Source: Candidatus Thorarchaeota archaeon
Lineage (GTDB): Archaea > Asgardarchaeota > Thorarchaeia > Thorarchaeales > Thorarchaeaceae
Length of the DNA: 43,559 nucleotides
Assembly (NCBI GenBank): GCA_016840795.1
Contig: JAEORS010000001.1
Span: forward strand, 1 to 43,559
Direction: 5' to 3'
The notes under the pieces were generated by a model. That model saw only the letters and a list, made by a program, of their open reading frames with translations, made no database searches and had not been told where the DNA came from. Within the stretch, counting starts at the first letter, position 1. Every line of letters begins with the position of its first letter. Below are positions 1-8,718 of the stretch, one piece after another. A program made the position numbers and the translations under genes.

Positions 1-347
1 GCGCCTCAGCAGTTGAGGTGTGTACAGCAGCAATCCTAGAAGGCGATACAGTCTATGGACGCATCGCATCTGAGATCCAAGAATGGCTCGACGAACACGG
101 CTATGGTTCAGTTGAGGATGTGAAAGGGATAGCACTTCCACATATTGAGAAGGGAATAGTTCTAGAACCGCCACCCAAGATTGACCTTGAGCGTTGCACA
201 TTATGCGGACTCTGTAAGAAATCATGCGTATACCATGCAATATCAATTGACAAGGCCAAGGGCCTCATCGATATAGACAAAGAAGCATGCGAGGCATGTG
301 GTATGTGCATCTCAGTCTGTCCGCATGATGCGCTTAGCGTTGACTAG
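1..347 (+). CDS. C-terminal fragment of a dihydroorotate/dihydropyrimidine dehydrogenase-like (PreA-like) protein with a 2x[4Fe-4S] ferredoxin tail; the 5' end lies outside the window
   Basis: The frame is open from the window edge. Two CxxCxxCxxxCP motifs (CTLCGLCKKSC, CEACGMCISVCP) follow a DHODH-like C-terminal segment. Confidence 0.6.
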   Translation, partial: ASAVEVCTAAILEGDTVYGRIASEIQEWLDEHGYGSVEDVKGIALPHIEKGIVLEPPPKIDLERCTLCGLCKKSCVYHAISIDKAKGLIDIDKEACEACGMCISVCPHDALSVD

Positions 348-363
348 AACTGATTGGATGTTA

Positions 364-1560
364 CTAGAGATAGAGCAATTCATCAAGTCCAGTTGTGAGT
401 AGCTTCGCCTTGCCCTTGGTCACAGCGTAATCATTCTCAATCCTGACTCCACCAATCTCTTTGAAATACACTCCAGGCTCTATCGCCATTACGTTGCCGA
501 CTGTAAAATGGTCCTCACGCCGATACATGCTCGGCCCCTCATGCACAGCAAGACCAATACCATGACCTAGACCATGCGTCATACCCTCAGTGGCGGCTGG
601 GTTCAGACGACGCGATTCATAACCGGCCTCCTTCAGCGTTTCAGCACAGGCGAGATTGACATCGTCAATCTTGGCTCCATCCTTGAGTGCATCAACTGAG
701 GAGTCGGCCGCCGCCTTGACGGACTCAAACATATGACGAATCTTCTCACTCACTGAACCCTTGATGAACGTTCGAGTTACATCTGCGACATAACGTTCCA
801 TCTTCAGCACAGGAAAAACGTCCAAGATTATCGGGACCTCAGCTTTGAGCTCGTCCTTGGGAGCACCAAGATAGTGCCAGTCAAACCCCTTGTAACCAAC
901 AGCCAAGATTGTGTCCTCGGCAGAATGAGCGCCTTGGTCCAGTAGGAAATGCTCAAGTGTTAGCTTGACATCCTTGACGGTCAACGGCTTGCCCTTGTAC
1001 ATCAACGTCTTCTTCGGACCGATATCTGAGTCCTTCACCATCACAAGGACTCTGGATATTGCGCTAGTCGTTGCGTCACCAGCCTTCTTGATCGCTTGGA
1101 TCTCGCTCTCAGACTTGGTTGCACGCGCATCCATCATGATATCAGAAACGACCTTGACGTCGTAGCCGAGCTTTTGGACTGTATCAAGCACCCTTGAAGA
1201 TGTTTCCTCTGGGATTCCAATTGTATTCCCGGTGAACACATTGCGCAGTATATCATCAAAGATTACATCGAGATTTTCATCAGGTCGTTTGTTTTCTTTC
1301 ATCAGTTTGAGATAGACGTCGGTGACGTCATGAGTGGTCTTGATTCGACTCTCCTTTTGCACACGACTGAGTGTGTGGAAACCAGCAGCAACAATCGGTT
1401 TGTCGTTTATGTTTTGGATGAATGCAATCTCATCATTAGATCTGAATCCTGTAAGCCAGAATAGATCGGCCATTTTGAAGGCACTCCCAGCAGTGAAGAG
1501 TGCGTCAATCCCATACTTCTCCATGAGAGCGTTCAGGTCGTCAAGCACTTGTAGCACCAA
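364..1560 (-). CDS. M24 family Xaa-Pro aminopeptidase/prolidase
   Basis: 398-aa ORF with the motifs HGLGHGIGLAVHEGP and GNVMAIEPGVY and a creatinase-like N-domain. The start codon is TTG. Confidence 0.85.
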   Translation of the reverse strand: MVLQVLDDLNALMEKYGIDALFTAGSAFKMADLFWLTGFRSNDEIAFIQNINDKPIVAAGFHTLSRVQKESRIKTTHDVTDVYLKLMKENKRPDENLDVIFDDILRNVFTGNTIGIPEETSSRVLDTVQKLGYDVKVVSDIMMDARATKSESEIQAIKKAGDATTSAISRVLVMVKDSDIGPKKTLMYKGKPLTVKDVKLTLEHFLLDQGAHSAEDTILAVGYKGFDWHYLGAPKDELKAEVPIILDVFPVLKMERYVADVTRTFIKGSVSEKIRHMFESVKAAADSSVDALKDGAKIDDVNLACAETLKEAGYESRRLNPAATEGMTHGLGHGIGLAVHEGPSMYRREDHFTVGNVMAIEPGVYFKEIGGVRIENDYAVTKGKAKLLTTGLDELLYL

Positions 1561-1596
1561 GTTGCTGGAAATAATTGCATTTGAAAAAGCCTTCCC

Positions 1597-2490
1597 TCAG
1601 GCCTGAGAGTATGGCTTCATTCTTCGCAACACCTGTTCCTTGCTGGGAAGATTGTATGGACCAAGGGTTTCTACGTTGAATGATGAGCAAGCGGCTCCGA
1701 AGAGACCCGCGCGCCGTACATCACCGGTCCGCATGTACTCCAACAGGAATCCTATCGTGTAGCTGTCACCACATCCGGTCGAGTCTACCTGGGCATTAGC
1801 AAGTACTAGAGGAATGTCGACCTGAATATTGCGCGTGTATATCGTTGAGCCTCTCTTGTCACGCGTCACAACCACCATTCTAGGCCCTAAGGCAAGCAGC
1901 TCGGTGGCCGCCGAGAGTTCGGACTTGGCTTCCGCTGCAAGCTCGAGTTCGCTGTCGTCGAGCTTCACAACATCCGTCAGACTGATTACCTCATCACGGT
2001 CAGGCCACTCTCTCTCCACGACCTCTTCGCCCTTAACAGCCCTTAGATATCCCTGTGCATCAAGAGAAACCAGACCTCCGCTCGTTCTCGCAGCCTCAAT
2101 CATGGAAACGGGTATCTCGTCTGCTGTAAGTGGGCAGAAGTGGTATATGCTAGCCCCAAGGTACTTCGATTCTATGTCATCGATCTTCAGGGGAGGGGCC
2201 CTTGCCTCGAGTCGCTGTGTGCGCACTCCCTTCTCATCATACTCGTTGATAAAACGCGTGGATTTGCGACCTCTGTAATGTAGTCCCTCGATATCTAGAC
2301 CTGATTCTTGAAGAGTCTGAACATATTCCTCCTCGAAGTCAGTTCCTACGCAGCTTATGATTCCAGCCCCGAAGGCTTCAAGGCTCATAGCCAGCATTGC
2401 ATAGGCTGTACCACCTCCAAGAGCCTCCCTTGTAGTCTCTGGCGTGATTATGAGATCCCTGCTCAGATGACCAACAACCACAATCTCCAT
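1597..2490 (-). CDS. PfkB-family carbohydrate/nucleoside kinase
   Basis: 297-aa ORF with an N-terminal VVGHLSRD and GG dipeptide region and the C-terminal DSTGCGDSY anion-hole motif. Confidence 0.8.
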   Translation of the reverse strand: MEIVVVGHLSRDLIITPETTREALGGGTAYAMLAMSLEAFGAGIISCVGTDFEEEYVQTLQESGLDIEGLHYRGRKSTRFINEYDEKGVRTQRLEARAPPLKIDDIESKYLGASIYHFCPLTADEIPVSMIEAARTSGGLVSLDAQGYLRAVKGEEVVEREWPDRDEVISLTDVVKLDDSELELAAEAKSELSAATELLALGPRMVVVTRDKRGSTIYTRNIQVDIPLVLANAQVDSTGCGDSYTIGFLLEYMRTGDVRRAGLFGAACSSFNVETLGPYNLPSKEQVLRRMKPYSQA

Positions 2491-2599
2491 TTCTGGAACC
2501 TCGAGTACTAGCCTACGCAGCAGCGACTGGACGCCTGTCCTTCAGCAATGTCACCTATAATTCCTCTGAATCTTCCTGCCATGTCACACTTCGGAACGG

Positions 2600-2606
2600 T
2601 TAAAAT
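2600..2606 (+). promoter_or_regulatory. Candidate TATA box (TTAAAAT) for the MoaD-like gene; this would imply a near-leaderless mRNA
   Basis: A/T-rich heptamer about 27 nt upstream of the TTG at 2633. Confidence 0.3.
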
Positions 2607-2632
2607 CCCTAGTAGTAGGTTCGTAGGTTGAG

Positions 2633-2923
2633 TTGACGATTTTGGCAACAGTCACCGTGAAGTTCTTCGCGACAGTTCGCGAGGCAGTCGGCAAGAGAAG
2701 CGCTGAGATGGAGGCTGCGAACATAAGAGAACTGTTGGAGCTTCTAAAGCGGACATATGGGAAACGCTTCACCGATACAGTGATTGACGAGGAGACTGGT
2801 GAGCTAAAAAGGTTCTACCAGTGTATGGTCAATGGAAAGCGCATCGAGCTTCTGGATGGCTACGAAACAGAACTGAACGATGACGACTCAGTGGCCCTTT
2901 TCCCTCCCGTCGGAGGAGGCTAG
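2633..2923 (+). CDS. MoaD/ThiS-family ubiquitin-like small protein (SAMP-like) with a C-terminal Gly-Gly
   Basis: 96 aa. It has the FFATVRE..G motif typical of MoaD and ends in FPPVGGG followed by a stop. TTG start. Confidence 0.7.
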   Translation: MTILATVTVKFFATVREAVGKRSAEMEAANIRELLELLKRTYGKRFTDTVIDEETGELKRFYQCMVNGKRIELLDGYETELNDDDSVALFPPVGGG

Positions 2924-2957
2924 ATGCCAGTTCATTCTCGAGAGAGGTGTGGTGCTG

Positions 2958-4316
2958 ATGGTTGATTTGGTAGTGAAGAATGCCCGGCTTCTACTAGAAT
3001 CAGGGCTTACGAGAGGAGGGATCGGGGTCGAGCAAGGTCGCATAAGCGTCATTGCGAGAGATGAGCATTTGCCAAAGGCTGATACTGTGGTTGATGCCGA
3101 GGGCAACATCTTGATGCCGGGTCTAATTGATGGACACGCACACATTCACGATCCAACTATGCTCGACCATGAGGATTTCACAACCGGTTCTCGCGCCGCT
3201 GCTGCGGGAGGTGTCACAACTGTCGTTGACATGCCTCTGACCAATCAGATCGATACTCCACAGGCTGTGGACGAACACATCAAGCAAGGAGAACAGATGT
3301 CCATTGTTGACTTCTCGTTCTACACAGGAATGCTGAACTCAGAGAACTACTCGATGATACCGTCAATGGTCGAAAGGGGAATCGCGGCCTTCAAGGCGTT
3401 TACGTGCGAACCTTATTTGACGCCTGATGGAGTACTAGTCCAGTCACTGAGTATGGTTTCCGAGTACGGCGGGCATGTGACGGTGCACTCAGAGAATCAG
3501 GGTGTCTTAGACGAGTTCAAGAAGGAGATGGAGGGAGAATGGGACGCTCCGATCAGTCACTCTCTTGCTAGGCCAAATCTTGCAGAACAGCTGGCAATAA
3601 GACAGATGGTGAGTATCGCAGAGCAGACCCAGGGTCACTTGCACGTAGCACATGTTACCACCAGCGAAGGTATAGTTGAGGTTGAACGCGGAAAGCTGAG
3701 AGGGGTGATGGCAACCACTGAAGTATGTCCTCATCATCTTGTCTTCCAAAGGGATGATATGAATCGACTTGGTCCTAAGAGCAAGATGAATCCACCACTC
3801 AGAGCCAAACAGGACAGGTCAGCTTTGTGGTCAGCCCTACTCAGAGGTACAATTGACATAACCGTAAGTGACCATGCACCGTGCCCGATAGAGAAGAAAG
3901 AAGCAGGAGCTGATGACATAAGAGAGGCGTGGTCAGGGGTCGACGGGGTCCAGATGATTCTAAGAGTCCTACTTTCAGAAGGAATCAACAGGGGCCGACT
4001 GTCTTTTGCAAGACTCCTCAACGTCGCATCACGTAATCCGGCCAAAATCTTTGGACTCTACCCGAGAAAGGGAGTTCTTCAAATCGGAGCCGACGCTGAT
4101 TTTGTCATAGTAGACCACACAAAGGAAGAGAAGATTAGTTCGGAGATAATGTTCTCCAAGTCTGGGTGGACACTCTACGAGGGCATGAATATGAAGGGAG
4201 TCCCTCTCAAGACTTTCGTGCGGGGCACGCTTGTCTTTGAGGCGGACAGGACTACAGTGAAGCCGGGTCATGGAAGATTCCAGTCCATGAGTGGCATGAA
4301 ACCATTTGAGGACTGA
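2958..4316 (+). CDS. Cyclic amidohydrolase (dihydroorotase/allantoinase/dihydropyrimidinase-hydantoinase family)
   Basis: Motifs PGLIDGHAHIHDP, GSRAAAAGGVTTVVDMP, AAFKAF (candidate carboxylated Lys), HSEN and VSDHAP. The start was trimmed to the ATG at MVDLVVKNARLL. Confidence 0.8.
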   Translation: MVDLVVKNARLLLESGLTRGGIGVEQGRISVIARDEHLPKADTVVDAEGNILMPGLIDGHAHIHDPTMLDHEDFTTGSRAAAAGGVTTVVDMPLTNQIDTPQAVDEHIKQGEQMSIVDFSFYTGMLNSENYSMIPSMVERGIAAFKAFTCEPYLTPDGVLVQSLSMVSEYGGHVTVHSENQGVLDEFKKEMEGEWDAPISHSLARPNLAEQLAIRQMVSIAEQTQGHLHVAHVTTSEGIVEVERGKLRGVMATTEVCPHHLVFQRDDMNRLGPKSKMNPPLRAKQDRSALWSALLRGTIDITVSDHAPCPIEKKEAGADDIREAWSGVDGVQMILRVLLSEGINRGRLSFARLLNVASRNPAKIFGLYPRKGVLQIGADADFVIVDHTKEEKISSEIMFSKSGWTLYEGMNMKGVPLKTFVRGTLVFEADRTTVKPGHGRFQSMSGMKPFED

Positions 4317-4319
4317 ACA

Positions 4320-4811
4320 ATGACGGTACGAGAGTTCGTCTTTGGAGACCCAGATGTATGCACCGGATGCATGATCTGTGTCAACGTTTGCAGCATGCAC
4401 TACTTCAAGGTAATAGGACCAGCATGGTCTCGTGCCAGGGTTATGAGGGTGGAGCCAGGACTTGACTTCCCTCTGTTCTGTCGTAACTGCGAAGATGCAC
4501 CTTGCATTGGCTCCTGTCCGGAAGAGGCGCTCAGCAGGACATCAAAGGGAGTCGTGATAGTGAACAACAAGAAGTGCCAGGGACACGGTGCCTGCATCGC
4601 TGCATGTCCATATGACGCAATCAAGCTGAATCCGGATACTCAGAAGGCTATCAAGTGTATTCAGTGCGGCAGATGCGTGGAACGATGCCCAGTCAACGCA
4701 ATCTGGATCACGACGGAAGAAGAACTCAAGGAGAAGGATTCAGACGGTAGGCTTGCTGGGCATTATGAAAGAAACAAAGAGGTCCTCTATAGCAAGGGGG
4801 GTATGTCATGA
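4320..4811 (+). CDS. 4Fe-4S dicluster ferredoxin-domain protein, probably the electron-transfer partner of AOR
   Basis: 163 aa with several Cys clusters (CTGCMICVNVC, CRNCEDAPCIGSCP, CQGHGACIAACP, CIQCGRCVERCP). Its stop overlaps the AOR start (ATGA). Confidence 0.8.
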   Translation: MTVREFVFGDPDVCTGCMICVNVCSMHYFKVIGPAWSRARVMRVEPGLDFPLFCRNCEDAPCIGSCPEEALSRTSKGVVIVNNKKCQGHGACIAACPYDAIKLNPDTQKAIKCIQCGRCVERCPVNAIWITTEEELKEKDSDGRLAGHYERNKEVLYSKGGMS

Positions 4812-6688
4812 TCAAGGGAATAGGTGGAAACATCATCTGGGTTGATCTAGCTAAGGGAGAGATAGAAAAGCGACCAGTCGAGGAAGATATGGTCAGACAG
4901 TATCTTCTTGGAGCGGGGTATCTGTCAAGGGTAATCTTCGACATGGTCCCGGTGGGCACGGATCCTTTGTCATCTAGGAACGTCCTCGGAATTGCGACCG
5001 GGCTTCTTACGGCATCGATGTTTCCTCAGGCGTCACGTCATGTGGTGGCGGCACTGTCTCCTCTCACAGATGTTTGGGGAGAATCGCACGCGGCAGGATT
5101 CTGGGGGCCAGAGTTGAAACTGGCAGGCTACGACGCGATATTGTTCACTGGTGCCTCTTCAGACCCTGTCTATCTCAATATCGAGAACAGGAAGGTCGAA
5201 CTCCTCGACGCCAGTAAGATTTGGGGAACATCCGTCTTTCAGACTGATGATTGGATTCGAGAGAAGCACGACAGACAGTCTAGAGTGCTCTCAATTGGTC
5301 AGGCTGGAGAGAATCTTGTAAGATTCGCAGCCGTAATGAACGATAGAGACAGAGCATCGGCAAGATCCGGGCTCGGTGCAGTAATGGGTGCGAAGAAGCT
5401 GAAAGCGGTATCTGTACGCGGAACCGGCAAGATAGAGGTGGCGGACCCGCAGAACTACTTGAAACAGATGGACATATTCTATGAGCGCATGTTGGCCAAC
5501 CCCTTCACTGAAGAGAGGGCGAAATACGGTACTACAAACCTGGTTGAACTAATGGACCACATAGGCAGGCTTCCCAGCTACAACATGAAACAGGGCGTCT
5601 TTGAGGGCTACGAGAAGATCAGTGGAGAGACTATTACTAGGGAGTATCTAGTGAAACCGCGGTCAGACTGGAGTTGCTTGCAGAGATGTGGCAGATATAC
5701 AAGAGTGAAGGATGGCCCTTACAAGTACATAGGCGGGTCTCCAGAGTTCGAGTCCCAGTCATCTCTTGGTTCGAGGTGTGGAAATGACAACATAGAGTCT
5801 ATACTCTACTCTCATCATCTCTCTAATCTCTACGGCATGGACACTATCTCTCTTGGTGGCACAATCTCGTGGGCTATGGAGGCCTGGGACGAGGGACTCA
5901 TAACAGAAGAAGACACTGGAGGAATCGACCTCTCTTGGGGTAACCACGAAACCATCGTCAGGTTGACTAAGATGATTGCGCTGAGAGAGGGATTCGGTGA
6001 TATCTTGGCTGAGGGGAGTGCAAGAGCTGCTGAAAAGATTGGTCGCGGTACTGAGAAGTTCGTGATGGCTGTGAAGAAGCAGGAGATGGCAGGACAGGAA
6101 CCCAGAGCCCAGAAATCAATGGGCCTGGCCGCAGTCACAGCGGCGCGAGGAGCAGACCATCTCTACTCATTTCCAGTCTTAGATGAAGCTGGATTTGACG
6201 ATGAGATTAGGGAACGCTTCGGAGAGCAGTATCTTCCTGAGATGGCTGATCGACTTAACCCCAAGTACAAGGGTATAATGGTGAAAGAATGCGAGGACTT
6301 CATGGTGGTTGTCGAAAGCGTGGGATTATGCAAGTATGGTACGCAGATTCCTCCGGAGTTCTATTATGAAGACGTTGCTCTTGCCCTTAAGATTCACAAT
6401 GGGCTTGAGTTCACAGTGGAAGAGCTCCAGACGATTGGAGAGAGAATCGTCAACTTGAATCGTCTGTTCAATGTGGCGCGCGGAGTTACTCGTAGCGATG
6501 ATCAACTACCTAATCGACTCACAAAGGAGAAGGCCCCCAAGGGACCACCAAAGGGTCAAGTTGTCGAACTGGACCAGATGCTTGACGAGTATTATCAAAT
6601 GAGAGGGTGGGACGTTGAAACAGGAATGCCTCTGAAGAGCACGCTTGAACGACTGGGTCTAGCGAAGGATGCAGAAGGAGTTGTCTAG
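4808..6688 (+). CDS. aor: Tungsten-containing aldehyde:ferredoxin oxidoreductase (AOR family)
   Basis: 626 aa with an AOR-type N-terminus (GGNIIWVDLAKGEI). The length and overall pattern match the AOR N-domain plus domains 2 and 3. Confidence 0.9.
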   Translation: MIKGIGGNIIWVDLAKGEIEKRPVEEDMVRQYLLGAGYLSRVIFDMVPVGTDPLSSRNVLGIATGLLTASMFPQASRHVVAALSPLTDVWGESHAAGFWGPELKLAGYDAILFTGASSDPVYLNIENRKVELLDASKIWGTSVFQTDDWIREKHDRQSRVLSIGQAGENLVRFAAVMNDRDRASARSGLGAVMGAKKLKAVSVRGTGKIEVADPQNYLKQMDIFYERMLANPFTEERAKYGTTNLVELMDHIGRLPSYNMKQGVFEGYEKISGETITREYLVKPRSDWSCLQRCGRYTRVKDGPYKYIGGSPEFESQSSLGSRCGNDNIESILYSHHLSNLYGMDTISLGGTISWAMEAWDEGLITEEDTGGIDLSWGNHETIVRLTKMIALREGFGDILAEGSARAAEKIGRGTEKFVMAVKKQEMAGQEPRAQKSMGLAAVTAARGADHLYSFPVLDEAGFDDEIRERFGEQYLPEMADRLNPKYKGIMVKECEDFMVVVESVGLCKYGTQIPPEFYYEDVALALKIHNGLEFTVEELQTIGERIVNLNRLFNVARGVTRSDDQLPNRLTKEKAPKGPPKGQVVELDQMLDEYYQMRGWDVETGMPLKSTLERLGLAKDAEGVV

Positions 6689-6690
6689 CT

Positions 6691-7206
6691 ATGGCAGACG
6701 AAAACATAGACCGATTTCAGGTCAAAATGGACATTACGGTGGAGGACCACATTAAGACTACAAGTGCGAAACTAGTGTCGTTGGTTCGAGAGCTTGAGGA
6801 AACACTCGGAAAGGGCCGCGCTCATCAAATCGTATCCGATTGGGCGGAGAAGAATTCCATCAATGATGTCAGGAATATAGTAGAATCGTTGGAGAAACCA
6901 ATACAGGACTTTGAGGATGTCAAGGCGCTTCTCAGAAAGTGGGTCAAAGAGCTGAATAATAACAACATCGAAACCGTTGGAATCGTCAAAGAAACTGCTG
7001 ACAGATCAATCTGCCATGTTACTGAATGTGTGTACGCAAAGGTGTACAATGATCTAGAGGCTCCTGACATCGGATATCTGCTCCACTGCAAACATGATTT
7101 TGCAGCCGCACCCGCAATCCATCCCAAGGTCGATTTAGATCGTAGCAAGACTCTGATGGAGAAGCAAGACTGTTGTGATTTCGAGTACTACTGGTCAAGC
7201 AAGTAG
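6691..7206 (+). CDS. L-2-amino-thiazoline-4-carboxylic acid (ATC) hydrolase-like small protein
   Basis: 171 aa. The C-terminal pattern C..EC.Y..V......P..G....C..D.........DL.R..TL......CCDFEY resembles the ATC-hydrolase family. A GAAGGAG SD sits upstream of the ATG, which is 3 nt after the AOR stop. Confidence 0.5.
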   Translation: MADENIDRFQVKMDITVEDHIKTTSAKLVSLVRELEETLGKGRAHQIVSDWAEKNSINDVRNIVESLEKPIQDFEDVKALLRKWVKELNNNNIETVGIVKETADRSICHVTECVYAKVYNDLEAPDIGYLLHCKHDFAAAPAIHPKVDLDRSKTLMEKQDCCDFEYYWSSK

Positions 7207-7245
7207 GAAGAGCGACTGTGATAGGGGCCTATCTTTGAGAAGTTC

Positions 7246-7491
7246 CTACTCATATGCCGCACAGACATTGGTAACTGTATCTTTGACGCCATCCACCTTC
7301 CTTAGAGAGTCGACTACAAATGAACTGAGTGACTCAGGAGACTTGAAGACCCCCTTGATGAGCAGGTCGTATGCACCATAGATCAAGTGAGCCTCTTCAA
7401 CCTCATCGAGTTTCCTGACACTATTCAGAACATCACGTGCCTTGGCCGACTCGACCTTGGCCATTATGAAAGCAGTAATCACGGCATCCAC
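7246..7491 (-). CDS. Stand-alone Lrp/AsnC ligand-binding (RAM) domain protein
   Basis: 81 aa. ITAFIMAKVE...VLNSVRKLDEVEEAHLIYGAYDLLIKG is typical of an AsnC-type RAM domain, and there is no HTH. GTG start. Confidence 0.7.
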   Translation of the reverse strand: MDAVITAFIMAKVESAKARDVLNSVRKLDEVEEAHLIYGAYDLLIKGVFKSPESLSSFVVDSLRKVDGVKDTVTNVCAAYE

Positions 7492-7638
7492 CAGCTGTCA
7501 ATCACGGAACTGCTCTATCATCTCTTTGAAGGGATAAAACTGTTCCTTCTCAGAAGGAGCAGAAAGTAGCGGCCGCAAACAGGCAGACCCAAAAGTGGCT
7601 ATGAGAAAACAGAGCGAAGTGGTTTAGCAAATGGAGAG

Positions 7639-8325
7639 TTGGCCATGACTTCGAAAGGAAAACTTGGATTCCTAATCAGCGAACGGCATTTTCCACTTTG
7701 GGGCATCGGAGGTTCTGTCGTTGGACTTGTGTTTATCTTGGGAGCACAGGTTCCCTACTCCGGAAGATACGGAGAGCCATTCTCCATGCTGAACCACTTT
7801 GTGTCGGAACTCGGTGAGCTTGGAGTATCAGAGTTCGCACTCCTGTTCAACTCAGGGATGATAATTGCTGGGCTCATCTTCATACCATTCATGATAGGCC
7901 TGGGCCTCTACATGGACAACATCGTTTCCAAGATTGCTGGAACGGTTGGCGTCTTTTCCGCCTTGTCGATATTCCTCGTGGGGATATATCCGATGAACTA
8001 CCTTGCCGAGCATAGCATGGCTGCTATGTCATTCTTCTTCAGCGGCATGATTATGGTAGGGCTCTGGACTATCGCCATCTTGCTTCAAAAGCAGGCAAAG
8101 ATACACAAAGGCTTCTCCTTGGGAGGGGTTATCAATTTCATGATATTCTTCCTCTTCCTCTATGGTCCGTGGGACTCAGTGGAAGACCTCTCCACTCGTC
8201 CAGATATCTGGATGGTGCCAACCCTTGAGTGGGGCATCTACTTTGCCATAGTTGGATACCTTTTCGCGTTGTCTGTCTTTGTCTGGAACAAGGAAAAGCG
8301 AGTCAGCGGCACTCAGAACGTCTAG
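7639..8325 (+). CDS. Polytopic membrane protein (DUF998-like)
   Basis: 228 aa with about six hydrophobic segments. The start is either TTG at 7639 or ATG at 7645. Confidence 0.5.
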   Translation: MAMTSKGKLGFLISERHFPLWGIGGSVVGLVFILGAQVPYSGRYGEPFSMLNHFVSELGELGVSEFALLFNSGMIIAGLIFIPFMIGLGLYMDNIVSKIAGTVGVFSALSIFLVGIYPMNYLAEHSMAAMSFFFSGMIMVGLWTIAILLQKQAKIHKGFSLGGVINFMIFFLFLYGPWDSVEDLSTRPDIWMVPTLEWGIYFAIVGYLFALSVFVWNKEKRVSGTQNV

Positions 8326-8340
8326 GAGGACTAGGAAAGA

Positions 8341-8634
8341 CTAGGGCAACTCTGCGGCTAGCTTCGCAGCCTCTTCTGTGGGTATCGCCAACAACGTTTC
8401 AGTCCTGTTTCCACCGCCCGATCCAAACATGAAGAGCGTCTTCATAGCAGCCTCGATGCTTGGGGCCTCTACTATCGTGACCCAATCATATCGACCCATG
8501 GTGAAGTATGTATCAACGATTTTGACATCCATGGATTTCGCCAGCTTCTGCGTGTTCTCTAACGCGCTCTTCAGGTCCTTTATGGCCTTGATTCCTTCCT
8601 GCGTCAGATTCCCAAGAACTACAAATCTGGGCAT
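8341..8634 (-). CDS. GYD-domain protein
   Basis: MPRFVVLGNLTQEG...TMGRYDWVTIVEAPS...A matches the GYD family pattern. The start was trimmed to the internal ATG. Confidence 0.7.
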   Translation of the reverse strand: MPRFVVLGNLTQEGIKAIKDLKSALENTQKLAKSMDVKIVDTYFTMGRYDWVTIVEAPSIEAAMKTLFMFGSGGGNRTETLLAIPTEEAAKLAAELP

Positions 8635-8718
8635 TCTCTCACCTCCTCTGAAATGTAATGGACTCATCTAATACCTATACTTCCTATTAAGCCTAATTAG
8701 AGATTGGGCTGGGCAGAC

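Noticed and set aside
1561-1599. The PfkB kinase (TGA stop) and the downstream M24 peptidase share a frame, with no further stop in the 36-nt spacer.
   Set aside because: The two enzymes are unrelated and each has complete termini, so there is no reason to invoke recoding. I treat this as coincidence.
4314-4322. The amidohydrolase TGA stop is followed two codons later by the in-frame ATG of the ferredoxin gene. This could be read as a Sec or read-through codon joining the two proteins.
   Set aside because: The TGA is not in a redox or Cys-equivalent context. The downstream gene has its own ATG. A shared frame occurs by chance one time in three, and TGA is the commonest ordinary stop in this window.
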